Part shown: positions 28,864 through 38,003 of the stretch, piece by piece
How positions within the stretch are numbered: position 1 is the first letter of the stretch
Layout of the letters: the number at the start of each line of letters is the position of its first letter
Assembly: GCA_963712745.1 (NCBI GenBank)
Contig: CAVQJC010000011.1
Span: 96,001-160,000 of the forward strand
Length of the DNA: 64,000 nt
Reading direction: 5' to 3'
Origin: an uncultured Chloroflexia bacterium
Lineage (GTDB): Bacteria > Chloroflexota > Limnocylindria > Limnocylindrales > CSP1-4
The notes under the pieces: generated by a model
Databases searched by the model: none
What the model saw: only the letters and a program-made list of their open reading frames with translations
What the model was told of the DNA's origin: nothing
Position numbers and translations under genes: made by a program

Positions 28864-30419
28864 CCGTCAGGCCGCTGCTCGCCGCCATCGCTGTCTCCGT
28901 CGCCCTGATCGCGTCGCTCGCTCTGGCCGCCCTGGCCCAGGACATCGAACGCCGTCCCGTCGAGGACCAGCTGTTCGGGGTGAGCTCCGTCATACCTGCC
29001 GACTGGCAGGATCTGGGCGGTGGCATCTACTCGCGCAGCACCCAGCCTGAGGATCTCGCGGTCATCGCTATCCAGTCCGCGCCGGCATCCGTCGATCAGC
29101 TCTGGCCCTCGCTGCTACCGCGGTTCGCGCTCGCCGAACCCCCCGCGCCCACCTTCGAGTACGTCACCGACCTGTTCGACTGGACGATCTACGAGTTCAG
29201 CGTCGAGCTCGGCGACCTGACCATCGCCTTCGGACTGGCGCTGGCCGAGGACGACGGAGCCACGCACCTGGTGTTGCTGCAATCAGGCCCAGACGACTAC
29301 GACGTTCTCCGCGACCAGGTGCTGAAGCCGGCCATCGACGCCTTTGCGCCGCTGGCGCCGGAGCCCACGCCCCACCCTTCCACCTTCGACTATCAGATCG
29401 AGGAGGTCACCTTCCCCGGCGGTGCGGCGGACGTGGAGCTGGCCGGCACGCTGACGCTGCCCAACGGTCCCGGTCCCCATCCGGTGGTCATCACCATGAG
29501 CGGCAGCGGACCCTCTGATCGCGACGAGTCGCTCAAGCCCATCACCGGACTCAAGCCGTTCGCGATCCTGGCCGATGCCCTGACCTCGGCCGGCGTGGGT
29601 GTGCTGCGCTACGACGACCGTGGCGTGGGCTCATCGACCGGCGACCACGCGGCCGGGACGATCAGGGACTTCGCCTCTGACGCAGCGGCTGCGATCGGCT
29701 ATCTCGAGACGCGCGACGACGTCGACCACGAGCGTATCGGCCTCTTCGGTCACAGCGAGGGCGGCCTCTACGCGGCCCTGCTGGGGGCCAGTGATCCGCG
29801 CGTCGCCTACATCGGCATGATGGCCCCGGCCGTCGTCGATGGGGTCTCGCTCATCGTCGCCCAGAACGGCGCCCTCATCCGTGCCGCCAGCGGATCCGAC
29901 GAGACAGCCGCTGCCTTCGAGGCATTCGCGGCAGAGGTCATGCCCATCGCCCGTGACGGTGACAGCGAGACGGTCAAGGCCATGACCGAGGAGTTCTACG
30001 GCACGATCTGGGACAGCCTCAGCGAGGACGAGCGCATCGTGGCCGGCGACCGCGACAGCTACGCCACACGTACGGCGGCGCGCGAGGTCGAGATCTACAC
30101 CTCCGACTGGTTCCGTTCGTTCCTCGAGTACGACCCTACCGTCGACTGGGAGCAGGTCACCGTGCCGGTGCTGGGGCTCTTCGGCGGCAAGGACGCCCAG
30201 GTGCTGGCAGAGCAGAACGCGACGGCCCTGCGGAAGTCGCTCGAGGCCGCCGGCAACGACGACTTCGAGATCATCACCTTCCCCGAGGCCAACCATCTCT
30301 TCCAGGCGGCGGACACCGGCGCCTTCGCCGAGTACGCCACGCTCGAGCCGGAGTTCGTCGAGGGCTTCGTCGACACCGTCGTCGACTGGATGGTGGTCCA
30401 CGCGGGCGTAGCCGAGTGA
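28860..30419 (+). CDS. Secreted alpha/beta hydrolase with N-terminal PsbP-like domain
   Basis: Signal peptide; SGSGPSDRD, RYDDRGVG, GHSEGG nucleophile, GGKD, NHLFQ. Confidence 0.85.
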   Translation: MTVRPLLAAIAVSVALIASLALAALAQDIERRPVEDQLFGVSSVIPADWQDLGGGIYSRSTQPEDLAVIAIQSAPASVDQLWPSLLPRFALAEPPAPTFEYVTDLFDWTIYEFSVELGDLTIAFGLALAEDDGATHLVLLQSGPDDYDVLRDQVLKPAIDAFAPLAPEPTPHPSTFDYQIEEVTFPGGAADVELAGTLTLPNGPGPHPVVITMSGSGPSDRDESLKPITGLKPFAILADALTSAGVGVLRYDDRGVGSSTGDHAAGTIRDFASDAAAAIGYLETRDDVDHERIGLFGHSEGGLYAALLGASDPRVAYIGMMAPAVVDGVSLIVAQNGALIRAASGSDETAAAFEAFAAEVMPIARDGDSETVKAMTEEFYGTIWDSLSEDERIVAGDRDSYATRTAAREVEIYTSDWFRSFLEYDPTVDWEQVTVPVLGLFGGKDAQVLAEQNATALRKSLEAAGNDDFEIITFPEANHLFQAADTGAFAEYATLEPEFVEGFVDTVVDWMVVHAGVAE

Positions 30420-31996
30420 CGGCCCGGGAACCGGAGGGACGGTCCGCGAACGGGCGGACAGGGGAGGGCTGGCACCCCGAGCCCGAGTTGCTCGACGTGC
30501 GCGACGAGGCGACCTCGCGGCCGGCGCTGGAGCGGCTGGGGGAGGGGACCTGGTCGGCTGCGCTCGACTACGTCTATGACCACGGCATGGAGCGTGCCAT
30601 CGGTGAGCCGGCCGACTACGCCGAGCTGCGCACGGTGTTCTTCGGACCCTCCGGCGGGCCCGCCCCGGCGCCGACCGAGCCGACCACGGCGGAGGCGCTC
30701 ATCGCGGAGTTCCGCCAACGCCTGGCACCGCACCAGGCCAACGCCTGGCATCCGCGTGCCTACGCCTACTTCACGCCTATCCCGCTGTGGTCATCGATCA
30801 TGGGCGAGGTCTTCAGCCAGGTCGTCCACCAGGGCGTCGATGTCTGGCACTGCAGCCCCTCGGCCACGCTGGTGGAGGAGGAGGTGGTGCGCTGGCTGTG
30901 TGACCTGGTGGGCTACGACGAGGCCGCCTTCGGCCTGTTCACCTCCGGCGGCGTGATGGCCAACATCATGGCCCTGAACGTGGCCCGTGACACCCGCCTG
31001 CGGCAGCTGAGTTCGCTCGACCATCCTCCGCGCGGCTCCGAGCTGGAGGGCGTGCGCGTCTACGTCAGCGACCAGGCGCACTTCTCTATCAGGCGCAGCC
31101 TCGACACGCTGGGCTTCCCCGCCAAGACGCTGGTCACGCTGCCCTCGGACGATGACCTGTGCCTGCGGGCGGCCCCCGTGGCCGAGGCCGTGGGCCGCGA
31201 CCGTGCGGCCGGGCTGACCCCGCTCGCCATCGCCGCCACGGCCGGTACCACCAACACCGGGGCCATCGACGCGCTGCCGGACCTGGCCGACCTGGCCGAG
31301 CGCGAGGGGCTCTGGCTCCACGTGGACGCGGCCTACGGCGGCGCCGCCAGGCTTTCGGCACGGCTGGCGCCGCTGATGGCCGGTCTCGAGCGAGCCGACT
31401 CCATCACCATCGATCCCCAGAAGTGGTTCTTCCAGGCCTACGACATCGGGGGCCTCCTGCTGCGGGACGGTTCGCTGCTGGAGACCACGTTCTCGTACCG
31501 GCCCGAGTACTACCGTGGATCGGGCGACCCGTCGCGCGCTCCCGATGCCCATTCCGACGAGCTCGACTTCTACCGTCGGAGCATCGAGGGCACGCGCCGC
31601 CAGCGAGCGCTGAAGCTGTGGCTGTCGTGGAAGCACCTGGGCACACCGGGGCTGGGGCGGCTGGTGGAGAAGACGGTCGACCTCGCAGACGCGCTCAAGG
31701 TCCGCCTGCGCGCGGCCGACGACTTCGAGCTGGCACCCGAGTCGAACCTCTCGGTCGTCTGCTTTCGACACCTGCCCGCCGGAGCGGTCGACGCCGGAGA
31801 GGCCGACGTAGCAGCGGCCGACGTCCACCAAGACGCGCTGCAGGCGGCACTCCAGCACAGCGGCCGCGGCTTCCTCACCACCACCCGGCTGCGCGGCCGG
31901 ACCTGGCTCCGCGCCGGCATCCTCAACCACACCGCCACCGAGGCCGACCTCGACATCCTGCTCGACGACATCCGCGACCTCGCCGCGGGACTCTAG
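30416..31996 (+). CDS. PLP-dependent group II amino-acid decarboxylase
   Basis: FTSGGVMAN, QAHFS, ATAGTTNTGAID, WLHVDAAYGG, SITIDPQKW. Confidence 0.92.
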   Translation: MTAREPEGRSANGRTGEGWHPEPELLDVRDEATSRPALERLGEGTWSAALDYVYDHGMERAIGEPADYAELRTVFFGPSGGPAPAPTEPTTAEALIAEFRQRLAPHQANAWHPRAYAYFTPIPLWSSIMGEVFSQVVHQGVDVWHCSPSATLVEEEVVRWLCDLVGYDEAAFGLFTSGGVMANIMALNVARDTRLRQLSSLDHPPRGSELEGVRVYVSDQAHFSIRRSLDTLGFPAKTLVTLPSDDDLCLRAAPVAEAVGRDRAAGLTPLAIAATAGTTNTGAIDALPDLADLAEREGLWLHVDAAYGGAARLSARLAPLMAGLERADSITIDPQKWFFQAYDIGGLLLRDGSLLETTFSYRPEYYRGSGDPSRAPDAHSDELDFYRRSIEGTRRQRALKLWLSWKHLGTPGLGRLVEKTVDLADALKVRLRAADDFELAPESNLSVVCFRHLPAGAVDAGEADVAAADVHQDALQAALQHSGRGFLTTTRLRGRTWLRAGILNHTATEADLDILLDDIRDLAAGL

Positions 31997-32457
31997 GCCT
32001 CGCTGTCCTCCCGGCAAGCGCGGCATACGCCCACGACGCTGAGGTGGCCGAGGTCGACGGCAAAGCCGCGCTCACGGTCGAAGTCGCGCACGAGGCCGGC
32101 GACGTCGTCGGCGCCGATCTCCCAGGCCCGCTGGCAGATGGAGCAGTGGAGGTGGCCGTGCTCGCGGGCGGGCCGGACGTGGAACTCCTCGCGGCCGTCG
32201 AGCCCGTGAGCGTGACGGATGAGCCCGATGTCCTCGAGCACGTCGAGCGTGCGGTAGACCGTGGACGGGGTGACCTCGGGATTCTCCGCGCGGCAACGCT
32301 CCACCAGCTCGGCGCCGGTGATGTGGCCGTCGGTGCCGGCAAGCACATCGACGAGCAGGCGACGCTGCGGTGTCCAGCGCAGCCCGCGCTCGTGGAGGCG
32401 CTGGCGGACCTCGTCCCAGGAGACCTCGGGCGCAGGGGAGGAACTGGTGACCGGCAT
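31993..32457 (-). CDS. Fur-family metalloregulator (possibly Nur/Zur-like)
   Basis: GLRWTPQRR, STVYRTL, HGHLHCSIC, CRAC. Confidence 0.92.
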   Translation of the reverse strand: MPVTSSSPAPEVSWDEVRQRLHERGLRWTPQRRLLVDVLAGTDGHITGAELVERCRAENPEVTPSTVYRTLDVLEDIGLIRHAHGLDGREEFHVRPAREHGHLHCSICQRAWEIGADDVAGLVRDFDRERGFAVDLGHLSVVGVCRACREDSEA

Positions 32458-32495
32458 CGGCGCCAAGCATAGCCCTTTCGGCTCGCTCCCGACCG

Positions 32496-32536
32496 TATCG
32501 CAAGACCTTGCAATAACGACCCATCGCGAATAGCAT
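32496..32536 (+). promoter_or_regulatory. Sigma70-type promoter TTGCAA-17-TAGCAT with overlapping inverted repeat TATCGCAAG-AC-CTTGCAATA
   Basis: Between divergent Fur-family gene and cbiM/nikM; -10 lies 7 nt before ATG 32544. Confidence 0.7.
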
Positions 32537-32543
32537 CGTCTCG

Positions 32544-33278
32544 ATGTCACTCGCGATCATCTCGCCACGCGCCCTGGAGGTCTCAACGTCGTTCGACCTG
32601 CATGCGCCGGACGGCTTCTTCTCCGTGCCCGTGGCCCTGCTGATGTGGCTTGTGGCCATCGTCGCCATCGGCGTCTCGGTCCAGCGCGCCGGGCGCTCGT
32701 TCGACGAACGGGCCATCCCGCTCATGGGTGTCACCGCGGCCTTCATCTTCGCCGCGCAGATGATCAACTTCCCGGTCATCGGCGGCACCAGCGGGCACCT
32801 GCTGGGTGCGGTCCTGGCTGCGATCCTGCTGGGCCCCTGGGCGGGCACCCTCGTGATGGCCAGCGTCATCGCCGTGCAGTCGCTGCTCTTCGGGGACGGC
32901 GGCATCCTGGCGATGGGCGCCAACATCGTGAACATGGGCATCGTGGGCACGATGGGCGGCTACGCCATCTACCGCACGGCCTGCACGTTGCTCGGTGGCG
33001 AGGAGCGAAGCCGGCTGCCGGCCGCTGCCATCGCCGCCTGGTCGGCGGTGATGCTCGGCGCGGCCGCGACCTCGGTGGAGCTGGCGGTCAGCGGTACCAC
33101 CACCTTGGCGGTGGTGCTGCCGGCGATGCTGGGCACGCACGCCATCATCGGCCTCGGTGAGGCGCTCATCACCGTCGGCGCCCTAACGCTCATCAGGAGC
33201 GCCCGACCGGACCTGCTCAAGCTGCGTGATGCGGCCCCCGCCGCACGAGGCCCGGTGCCGGAGATGAGCGAGTCGTGA
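32544..33278 (+). CDS. cbiM: Ni/Co ECF transporter S component CbiM/NikM
   Basis: HAPDGF, AAFIFAAQMINFP, GTSGHLLG, GDGG...MGAN, HAIIGLGE. Confidence 0.92.
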   Translation: MSLAIISPRALEVSTSFDLHAPDGFFSVPVALLMWLVAIVAIGVSVQRAGRSFDERAIPLMGVTAAFIFAAQMINFPVIGGTSGHLLGAVLAAILLGPWAGTLVMASVIAVQSLLFGDGGILAMGANIVNMGIVGTMGGYAIYRTACTLLGGEERSRLPAAAIAAWSAVMLGAAATSVELAVSGTTTLAVVLPAMLGTHAIIGLGEALITVGALTLIRSARPDLLKLRDAAPAARGPVPEMSES

Positions 33279-33571
33279 TCCGGCGCTACTGGTGGGCGGC
33301 CGGCCTGGGCCTGGCTGCCATCGTGGTCATCCTGCTCGCTCCGCTGGCCTCGTCCGACCCCGACGGGCTGGAGCGCGTCGCCATCGACAGCGGCTTTGCC
33401 ACCCAGGGCCAGGAAGCCGCTGTCGGGATCCTGCCGGACTACAGCGTGCCATTGCTCGGCGACGGGCCACTCTCGCTCATCGCCGCCGGTCTCATCGGCG
33501 TGATACTCGTCTTCGGCGGGATGTGGCTGCTGGGCCGGGCCCTCTCTCGCCGCGCGCACCCGACCGACTGA
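33275..33571 (+). CDS. PDGLE-domain protein (NikN-like)
   Basis: ASSDPDGLERVA, LPDY, two TM helices. Confidence 0.88.
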   Translation: MIRRYWWAAGLGLAAIVVILLAPLASSDPDGLERVAIDSGFATQGQEAAVGILPDYSVPLLGDGPLSLIAAGLIGVILVFGGMWLLGRALSRRAHPTD

Positions 33572-33591
33572 AGGCCACGCGCGCCAGGTCC

Positions 33592-34383
33592 ATGGAGCTC
33601 GACCGCTACATCCCGCGCCACAGCCCTGCGCACCGCGCGGATGCCCGGCTGAAGGTCGTGCTCATCGCGGCCCTCGTGCTCGGCATCGCGCTGCTGCCGG
33701 TCGGCGCCTTCGGCGCGTACGCAGCCGCGTGGCTGGTGCTGGTCGCTGCCTCGGCATTCGCCCGCCTGGGGCCACTGCGACTGGTGCGGGGCTCGTGGGT
33801 CGTGCTGCCCTTCGTGCTGGTGGCCGTGCCGCTCTTGTTCACGCGCCCCGGGGAGCCGCTGGTGACCCTGTCCCTGGGCCCGTTGACGCTGACCGTCACC
33901 GACACCGGGCTCGTGGACACGCTCTCGATCATGGCCAAGTCGTGGTTGAGCGTCCAGGCGGCCCTCCTGCTGGCCTACACCACCGCCTTCGCCGACCTTG
34001 TCGACGCGCTCAGGGCGCTGCGTATCCCGGCCATCATCGTGGGCATCATCAGCTTCATGTACCGCTACCTGGCGGTGCTCACCGACGAGGCGGCACGCAT
34101 GACCCGCGCCCGCCAGGCACGTTCGGCAGAGCCGCTTCAAGGGCGGTCGGGCGGTTCGCTGAGCTGGCGAGCCCGGGTGACCGGCGCGATGGTCGGCTCG
34201 CTCTTCATCCGCTCCTACGAGCGGTCGGAGCGCATCTACGTGGCCATGCTCGCGCGTGGCTTCGCCGGCACCGTCCAGGCCCGGACATTGCCCAGGCCCG
34301 ACCAGCGCGCCCTGGCCTGGTTCGCCTTGGCGCTGGCGGCCATCGTCGTCTTCGTGGTGGCGGCCAACGTGTGGACGCTGTGA
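33592..34383 (+). CDS. cbiQ: ECF transporter T component CbiQ
   Basis: SPAHRADARLK, MYRYL, RSYERSERIYVAMLARGF. Confidence 0.92.
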   Translation: MELDRYIPRHSPAHRADARLKVVLIAALVLGIALLPVGAFGAYAAAWLVLVAASAFARLGPLRLVRGSWVVLPFVLVAVPLLFTRPGEPLVTLSLGPLTLTVTDTGLVDTLSIMAKSWLSVQAALLLAYTTAFADLVDALRALRIPAIIVGIISFMYRYLAVLTDEAARMTRARQARSAEPLQGRSGGSLSWRARVTGAMVGSLFIRSYERSERIYVAMLARGFAGTVQARTLPRPDQRALAWFALALAAIVVFVVAANVWTL

Positions 34384-35144
34384 TGAACGCGGCCGTCGAG
34401 GTCGATGCTGCGCAGCGGCCCGAGGCCAAGGGGCGCATCGAGATCTCGCACCTCCACTACACCTACCCCGACGGCACCGAGGCCCTGCGCGGGGTCGAGC
34501 TGACCGTCGAGCCCGGGGAGAAGGTGGCGCTGGTGGGTCCCAACGGGGCTGGCAAGTCCACGCTGCTGCTGCACCTCAACGGCATCCTCGCCGGTGGTCA
34601 CGGCCGCGTGGCCATCGACGGCACGACGGTGGAGCAGGCCACGGTCAAGCGTCTCCGGGCCGCCGTCGGACTCGTCTTCCAGGACCCCGACGACCAGCTC
34701 TTCAGCCCGACCGTGCGCGAGGACGTGGCCTTCGGGCCCATCCACATGGGTGTCCCCGAGCACGACCTGCACCACCGCGTCGAGCGGGCGCTGGCGGCCG
34801 TTGGCATGAGCGGCTTCGAACGGCGCGTGCCCCACCACCTCTCGCTCGGCCAGCGCAAGCGCATCGCGGTGGCCACCGTGCTCTCGATGGACCCGACCAT
34901 CCTCGCCTTCGACGAGCCCACCGCCGGCCTGGACCCGCGCGGCCGGCGGGAGTTGATGGCAGTCATGACCTCACGTCCGGAGACGCTGCTGGTGAGCACG
35001 CACGACCTGGCCATGGTGGCCGAGGCCATACCACGCATGGTCATCATCGACGAGGGCACGGTCGTGGCCGATGGACCCTCCGCCGAACTGCTGATGGACG
35101 ACGTCCTGCTCGAGGCCCACGGGCTCGAGTCGCCCTGCCGCTGA
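34383..35144 (+). CDS. cbiO: ECF transporter ATPase CbiO
   Basis: GPNGAGKST, VFQDPDDQLF, LSLGQ, DEPTAGLD. Confidence 0.93.
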   Translation: MNAAVEVDAAQRPEAKGRIEISHLHYTYPDGTEALRGVELTVEPGEKVALVGPNGAGKSTLLLHLNGILAGGHGRVAIDGTTVEQATVKRLRAAVGLVFQDPDDQLFSPTVREDVAFGPIHMGVPEHDLHHRVERALAAVGMSGFERRVPHHLSLGQRKRIAVATVLSMDPTILAFDEPTAGLDPRGRRELMAVMTSRPETLLVSTHDLAMVAEAIPRMVIIDEGTVVADGPSAELLMDDVLLEAHGLESPCR

Positions 35145-35175
35145 GGCCGGGTCAGCCCTGCCGCTGAGGCCGGGT
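35132..35175 (+). repeat. 23-bp tandem duplication spanning the cbiO stop
   Basis: GCCCTGCCGCTGAGGCCGGGT occurs twice in tandem. Confidence 0.75.
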
Positions 35176-35263
35176 GAGGGGCCCCGATGACGGCGAGTCG
35201 TCCCCGACGAGGGCGGGCCGATCAGCGCTCGGCGAGGTAGGGCAGATCGAGGAGCGCTTCGTG

Positions 35264-36472
35264 CTACGGCCGGGGCCCGCTGAGCTTCACCCGGAAGATC
35301 TTGCCGCTCAGCAAGTCGGTCGCATAGAGACGCCCGGCGGCATCCTCGCCGAAGGAGGAGAGGCGTCGGCTGGTCACCTTAGAAAGCCTCACCCGGCCGG
35401 TCTTGTCGAGCACGAAGAGCCGCCCGCAGAAGTCGCCGGCCACGTACAGGCCATCCCAGGCCGGTGCCTCCGGGCCGCGGTAGACATACCCTCCGGTCAC
35501 CGAGCAGCGTCCGGCACCGCGGCCGTAGTCGTAGGTCGGCAGTATCCCGAACGTGCACGGGTCGGCTGTACCAGGGTACCGGCGCGTGCCCTCGCAGCGG
35601 TTCCAGCCGTAGTTCTGGCCCCTGCCCGCGTTCCGGCCGGCCTTGTTGGACTCGGCCCGGTTCACCTCCTCGCGCGCGGCCTGCCCCACGTCGCCGATCC
35701 AGAGATCACCGTTCTTGCGGTCGAAGGAGAAGCGCCAGGGGTTGCGCAGGCCCCAGGCCCACAGATCGTTCAGGCCCTTCTTGCCCACGCGTGGGTTCGA
35801 ACCGGGGGTGCGATAGCGCTTGGCCCCCTTGCCGTCGGGGTCGAGCGGATCGATACGCAACAGGCTGCCGTTGCGGTTGCGCAGGTCCTGGGCGTTACCG
35901 CGGGGGTCGCCACCGCCACCGCCGTCACCGAGCCCGACGTAGAGATAGCCATCGGGCCCGAACGCCAGGTGCCCGCCGTTGTGATTGGACGCCGGCTGGT
36001 TCACCACCAGCAGCACGCGGCGTGAGGCCGGCCTGGCCTTGCCCGCGCTCTTGCGCCGGTATTCGGCCACTACCGCATCGCCGTTCCTGCTACCGCCCGC
36101 GGCACGCGTGTAGAACACGTAGAAACGGCCGTTGGACCGGTACTTGGGGTGGAAGGCGAGGCCCAGGAGACCCCGTTCGCCGTTACCCTGGAGCCGCGGA
36201 TCATTGACCTCGCCGCTGATGTCGAGGAACGTCCCCAGCCTGCGCCAGGCCCCGTTCCGGTAGGTCGCCCGCTTGATCTTGCCGGTCTGCTCCACGATGA
36301 AGATGTTGCGCCCGCCGCCGGGCGCATGGGTCACCAGCAGCGGGCGCGTGTAGCCGCTTAGCACCCGTGACATCGACACGTCGCTTGACGCCGCGGCGGC
36401 GGGGGAAGCCAGCCCGGCGAACACGAGGGCGCTGCCGATGACGATTGAGAGGGCCCTGAACGTCTGCTGCAT
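35264..36472 (-). CDS. Second secreted PQQ-dependent sugar dehydrogenase family protein (basic)
   Basis: Signal peptide; ERGLLGLAFHP, NHNGGHLAFGPDGYLY, GLRNPWRFSFD. Confidence 0.9.
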   Translation of the reverse strand: MQQTFRALSIVIGSALVFAGLASPAAAASSDVSMSRVLSGYTRPLLVTHAPGGGRNIFIVEQTGKIKRATYRNGAWRRLGTFLDISGEVNDPRLQGNGERGLLGLAFHPKYRSNGRFYVFYTRAAGGSRNGDAVVAEYRRKSAGKARPASRRVLLVVNQPASNHNGGHLAFGPDGYLYVGLGDGGGGGDPRGNAQDLRNRNGSLLRIDPLDPDGKGAKRYRTPGSNPRVGKKGLNDLWAWGLRNPWRFSFDRKNGDLWIGDVGQAAREEVNRAESNKAGRNAGRGQNYGWNRCEGTRRYPGTADPCTFGILPTYDYGRGAGRCSVTGGYVYRGPEAPAWDGLYVAGDFCGRLFVLDKTGRVRLSKVTSRRLSSFGEDAAGRLYATDLLSGKIFRVKLSGPRP

Positions 36473-36535
36473 GTGTGCTGCTCCTTGACCGGGTGGCTGG
36501 TGGGATGGTGCCGGTGTGACTCGCCGAGGTGCGTG

Positions 36536-37126
36536 TCAGTGGACGAGATCGTCGAAGTCGCGGCGGCAGAAGTGGCCGCTGCGCTCGAGGACCGCACCGC
36601 AGAACGGGCAGGTCGGCTGGCCGCCCGCCACGACACTGGTGGCCCGGCGCGCGAACTGCTGGGCCATGAAGGGGGTCAATCGCACGCGCAGCACATCGGG
36701 ACCGATGGGGGCCTCGTCGGGGATGTCGTCATCGTCGAGATCGGCGTCCTCGCGCACCGCGGATTCGCCCGCGCCCGCGTCGAAGGTCATCGAGCGTGCC
36801 TCCACGACCAGGCGGTCGATGTCTTCGTCCCAGGAGATCACCAACGTGCCCACGCGGAACTCCTCGGCCAGGGGCTGCTCGGGGGGGCGGTCGTCGGGGA
36901 TACCCGCGGGCCCGGCGTCGATCGCGGCCAGACCCCGCCGCTCCACCTCGTCGATGACCGCCAGCACCCGGTCGGCCAGCACGGCCACCTGCTCCTTCTC
37001 GAGCATGACCGTGGTGATGCGCGCTCCCTGCACCGCCTGCAGGAAGAACGTGCGCTCGCCGGACTCGCCGATGCTGCCGGGGGCGAAGCGGTCGGGCATG
37101 TGGAAGTCGATGATCCGCCGCGTCAT
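36536..37126 (-). CDS. DUF3090 family protein
   Basis: PDRF..G.IG..GERTFFLQA, LEKEQV, EEFRVG, C-terminal CPFC...GHFC. Confidence 0.85.
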   Translation of the reverse strand: MTRRIIDFHMPDRFAPGSIGESGERTFFLQAVQGARITTVMLEKEQVAVLADRVLAVIDEVERRGLAAIDAGPAGIPDDRPPEQPLAEEFRVGTLVISWDEDIDRLVVEARSMTFDAGAGESAVREDADLDDDDIPDEAPIGPDVLRVRLTPFMAQQFARRATSVVAGGQPTCPFCGAVLERSGHFCRRDFDDLVH

Positions 37127-37135
37127 GGGGCGAAT

Positions 37136-37567
37136 CTAGCGGAGCGGGGTCTTCTCGGTCGAGGTCGCGCCCGGCGCCGAACCGATGATGGCCTCCGCCT
37201 CCATCTCGACCTTCCAGCGCGGATCGAGGAAGCCGGTCACGACCACCATCGTGGAGGCTGGGCGTGCGTTGCGGAAGTAGCGGCCGTGGGCCCGGCCGGC
37301 GGCCTCCCAGTCGGCCGCATCGACGAGGAAGGTGCGCGTGCGCACGACGTCGTCGGCCGTGGCACCCGCTTCGGCGAGCGCGGTCAGCATGATCTCGATG
37401 CAACGATCGGCCTGGGCCTCCAGGTCGTGGTCGACGTGACCATCGGGCCAGGTGGGCGCGGTGCCGGCCACCATCACGCGATCGCCCACGCGCACGGCGC
37501 GGCTGAATCCGATGGGCTCCTCGTAGGGCGATCCCGATGAGACGAGCTGGCGGCCGACGGTCGGCAT
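37136..37567 (-). CDS. RidA/YjgF family protein
   Basis: SSGSPYE..IGFSRAVRVG, VVRTR, RPASTMV, KVEMEAEA. Confidence 0.9.
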   Translation of the reverse strand: MPTVGRQLVSSGSPYEEPIGFSRAVRVGDRVMVAGTAPTWPDGHVDHDLEAQADRCIEIMLTALAEAGATADDVVRTRTFLVDAADWEAAGRAHGRYFRNARPASTMVVVTGFLDPRWKVEMEAEAIIGSAPGATSTEKTPLR

Positions 37568-37589
37568 GGATGCGCTCCTCCTGGCTGGG

Positions 37590-37997
37590 TCAGGCATCGG
37601 GGGTGAGGATCATCAGCCCGGCCGAGATGGCGCTGATGATGAAGGAGCCGACGGCGGCCGTGCCGATGGCTTCGAGTCCCAGCTCCGGCGGGAAGCCGCC
37701 GATGACGATGAGCGGGCCGAAGACGAGGTCGACGAGGAAGGCCACCAGGAGCAGCAGTGCCGCGTTCAGTACCAGCGAGAAGAGACCCAGGGTCGCGATG
37801 TTGAGCGGGATCGAGACGAAACGGGCGATGGGCCGGATGAAGGCGTTGACCAGCCCGAAGGCGAGCGCCAGCACCAGCAGCGTGAGACCGATGCCCTCGG
37901 CATCGTCGGCCCAGTCGACGACGACGTCGGGCAGCAGCAGGGAGGTGATGAGCAGCGCCGCCGCCACGACCGCGACACGGATGAGCCGGCTGGTCAT
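37590..37997 (-). CDS. 4-TM phage-holin-family membrane protein (YvlD/DUF360-like)
   Basis: GLVNAFIRPI....SIPLNIATLGLF..VLNA. Confidence 0.85.
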   Translation of the reverse strand: MTSRLIRVAVVAAALLITSLLLPDVVVDWADDAEGIGLTLLVLALAFGLVNAFIRPIARFVSIPLNIATLGLFSLVLNAALLLLVAFLVDLVFGPLIVIGGFPPELGLEAIGTAAVGSFIISAISAGLMILTPDA

Positions 37998-38003
37998 GGG
38001 CGA

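Noticed and set aside
32458-32543. Cobalamin riboswitch upstream of cbiM
   Set aside because: Only 86 bp of intergenic sequence and the promoter abuts the start codon
37590-37997. Prophage indicated by the holin-family gene
   Set aside because: This 4-TM family is commonly chromosomal; no integrase, endolysin or structural genes are present
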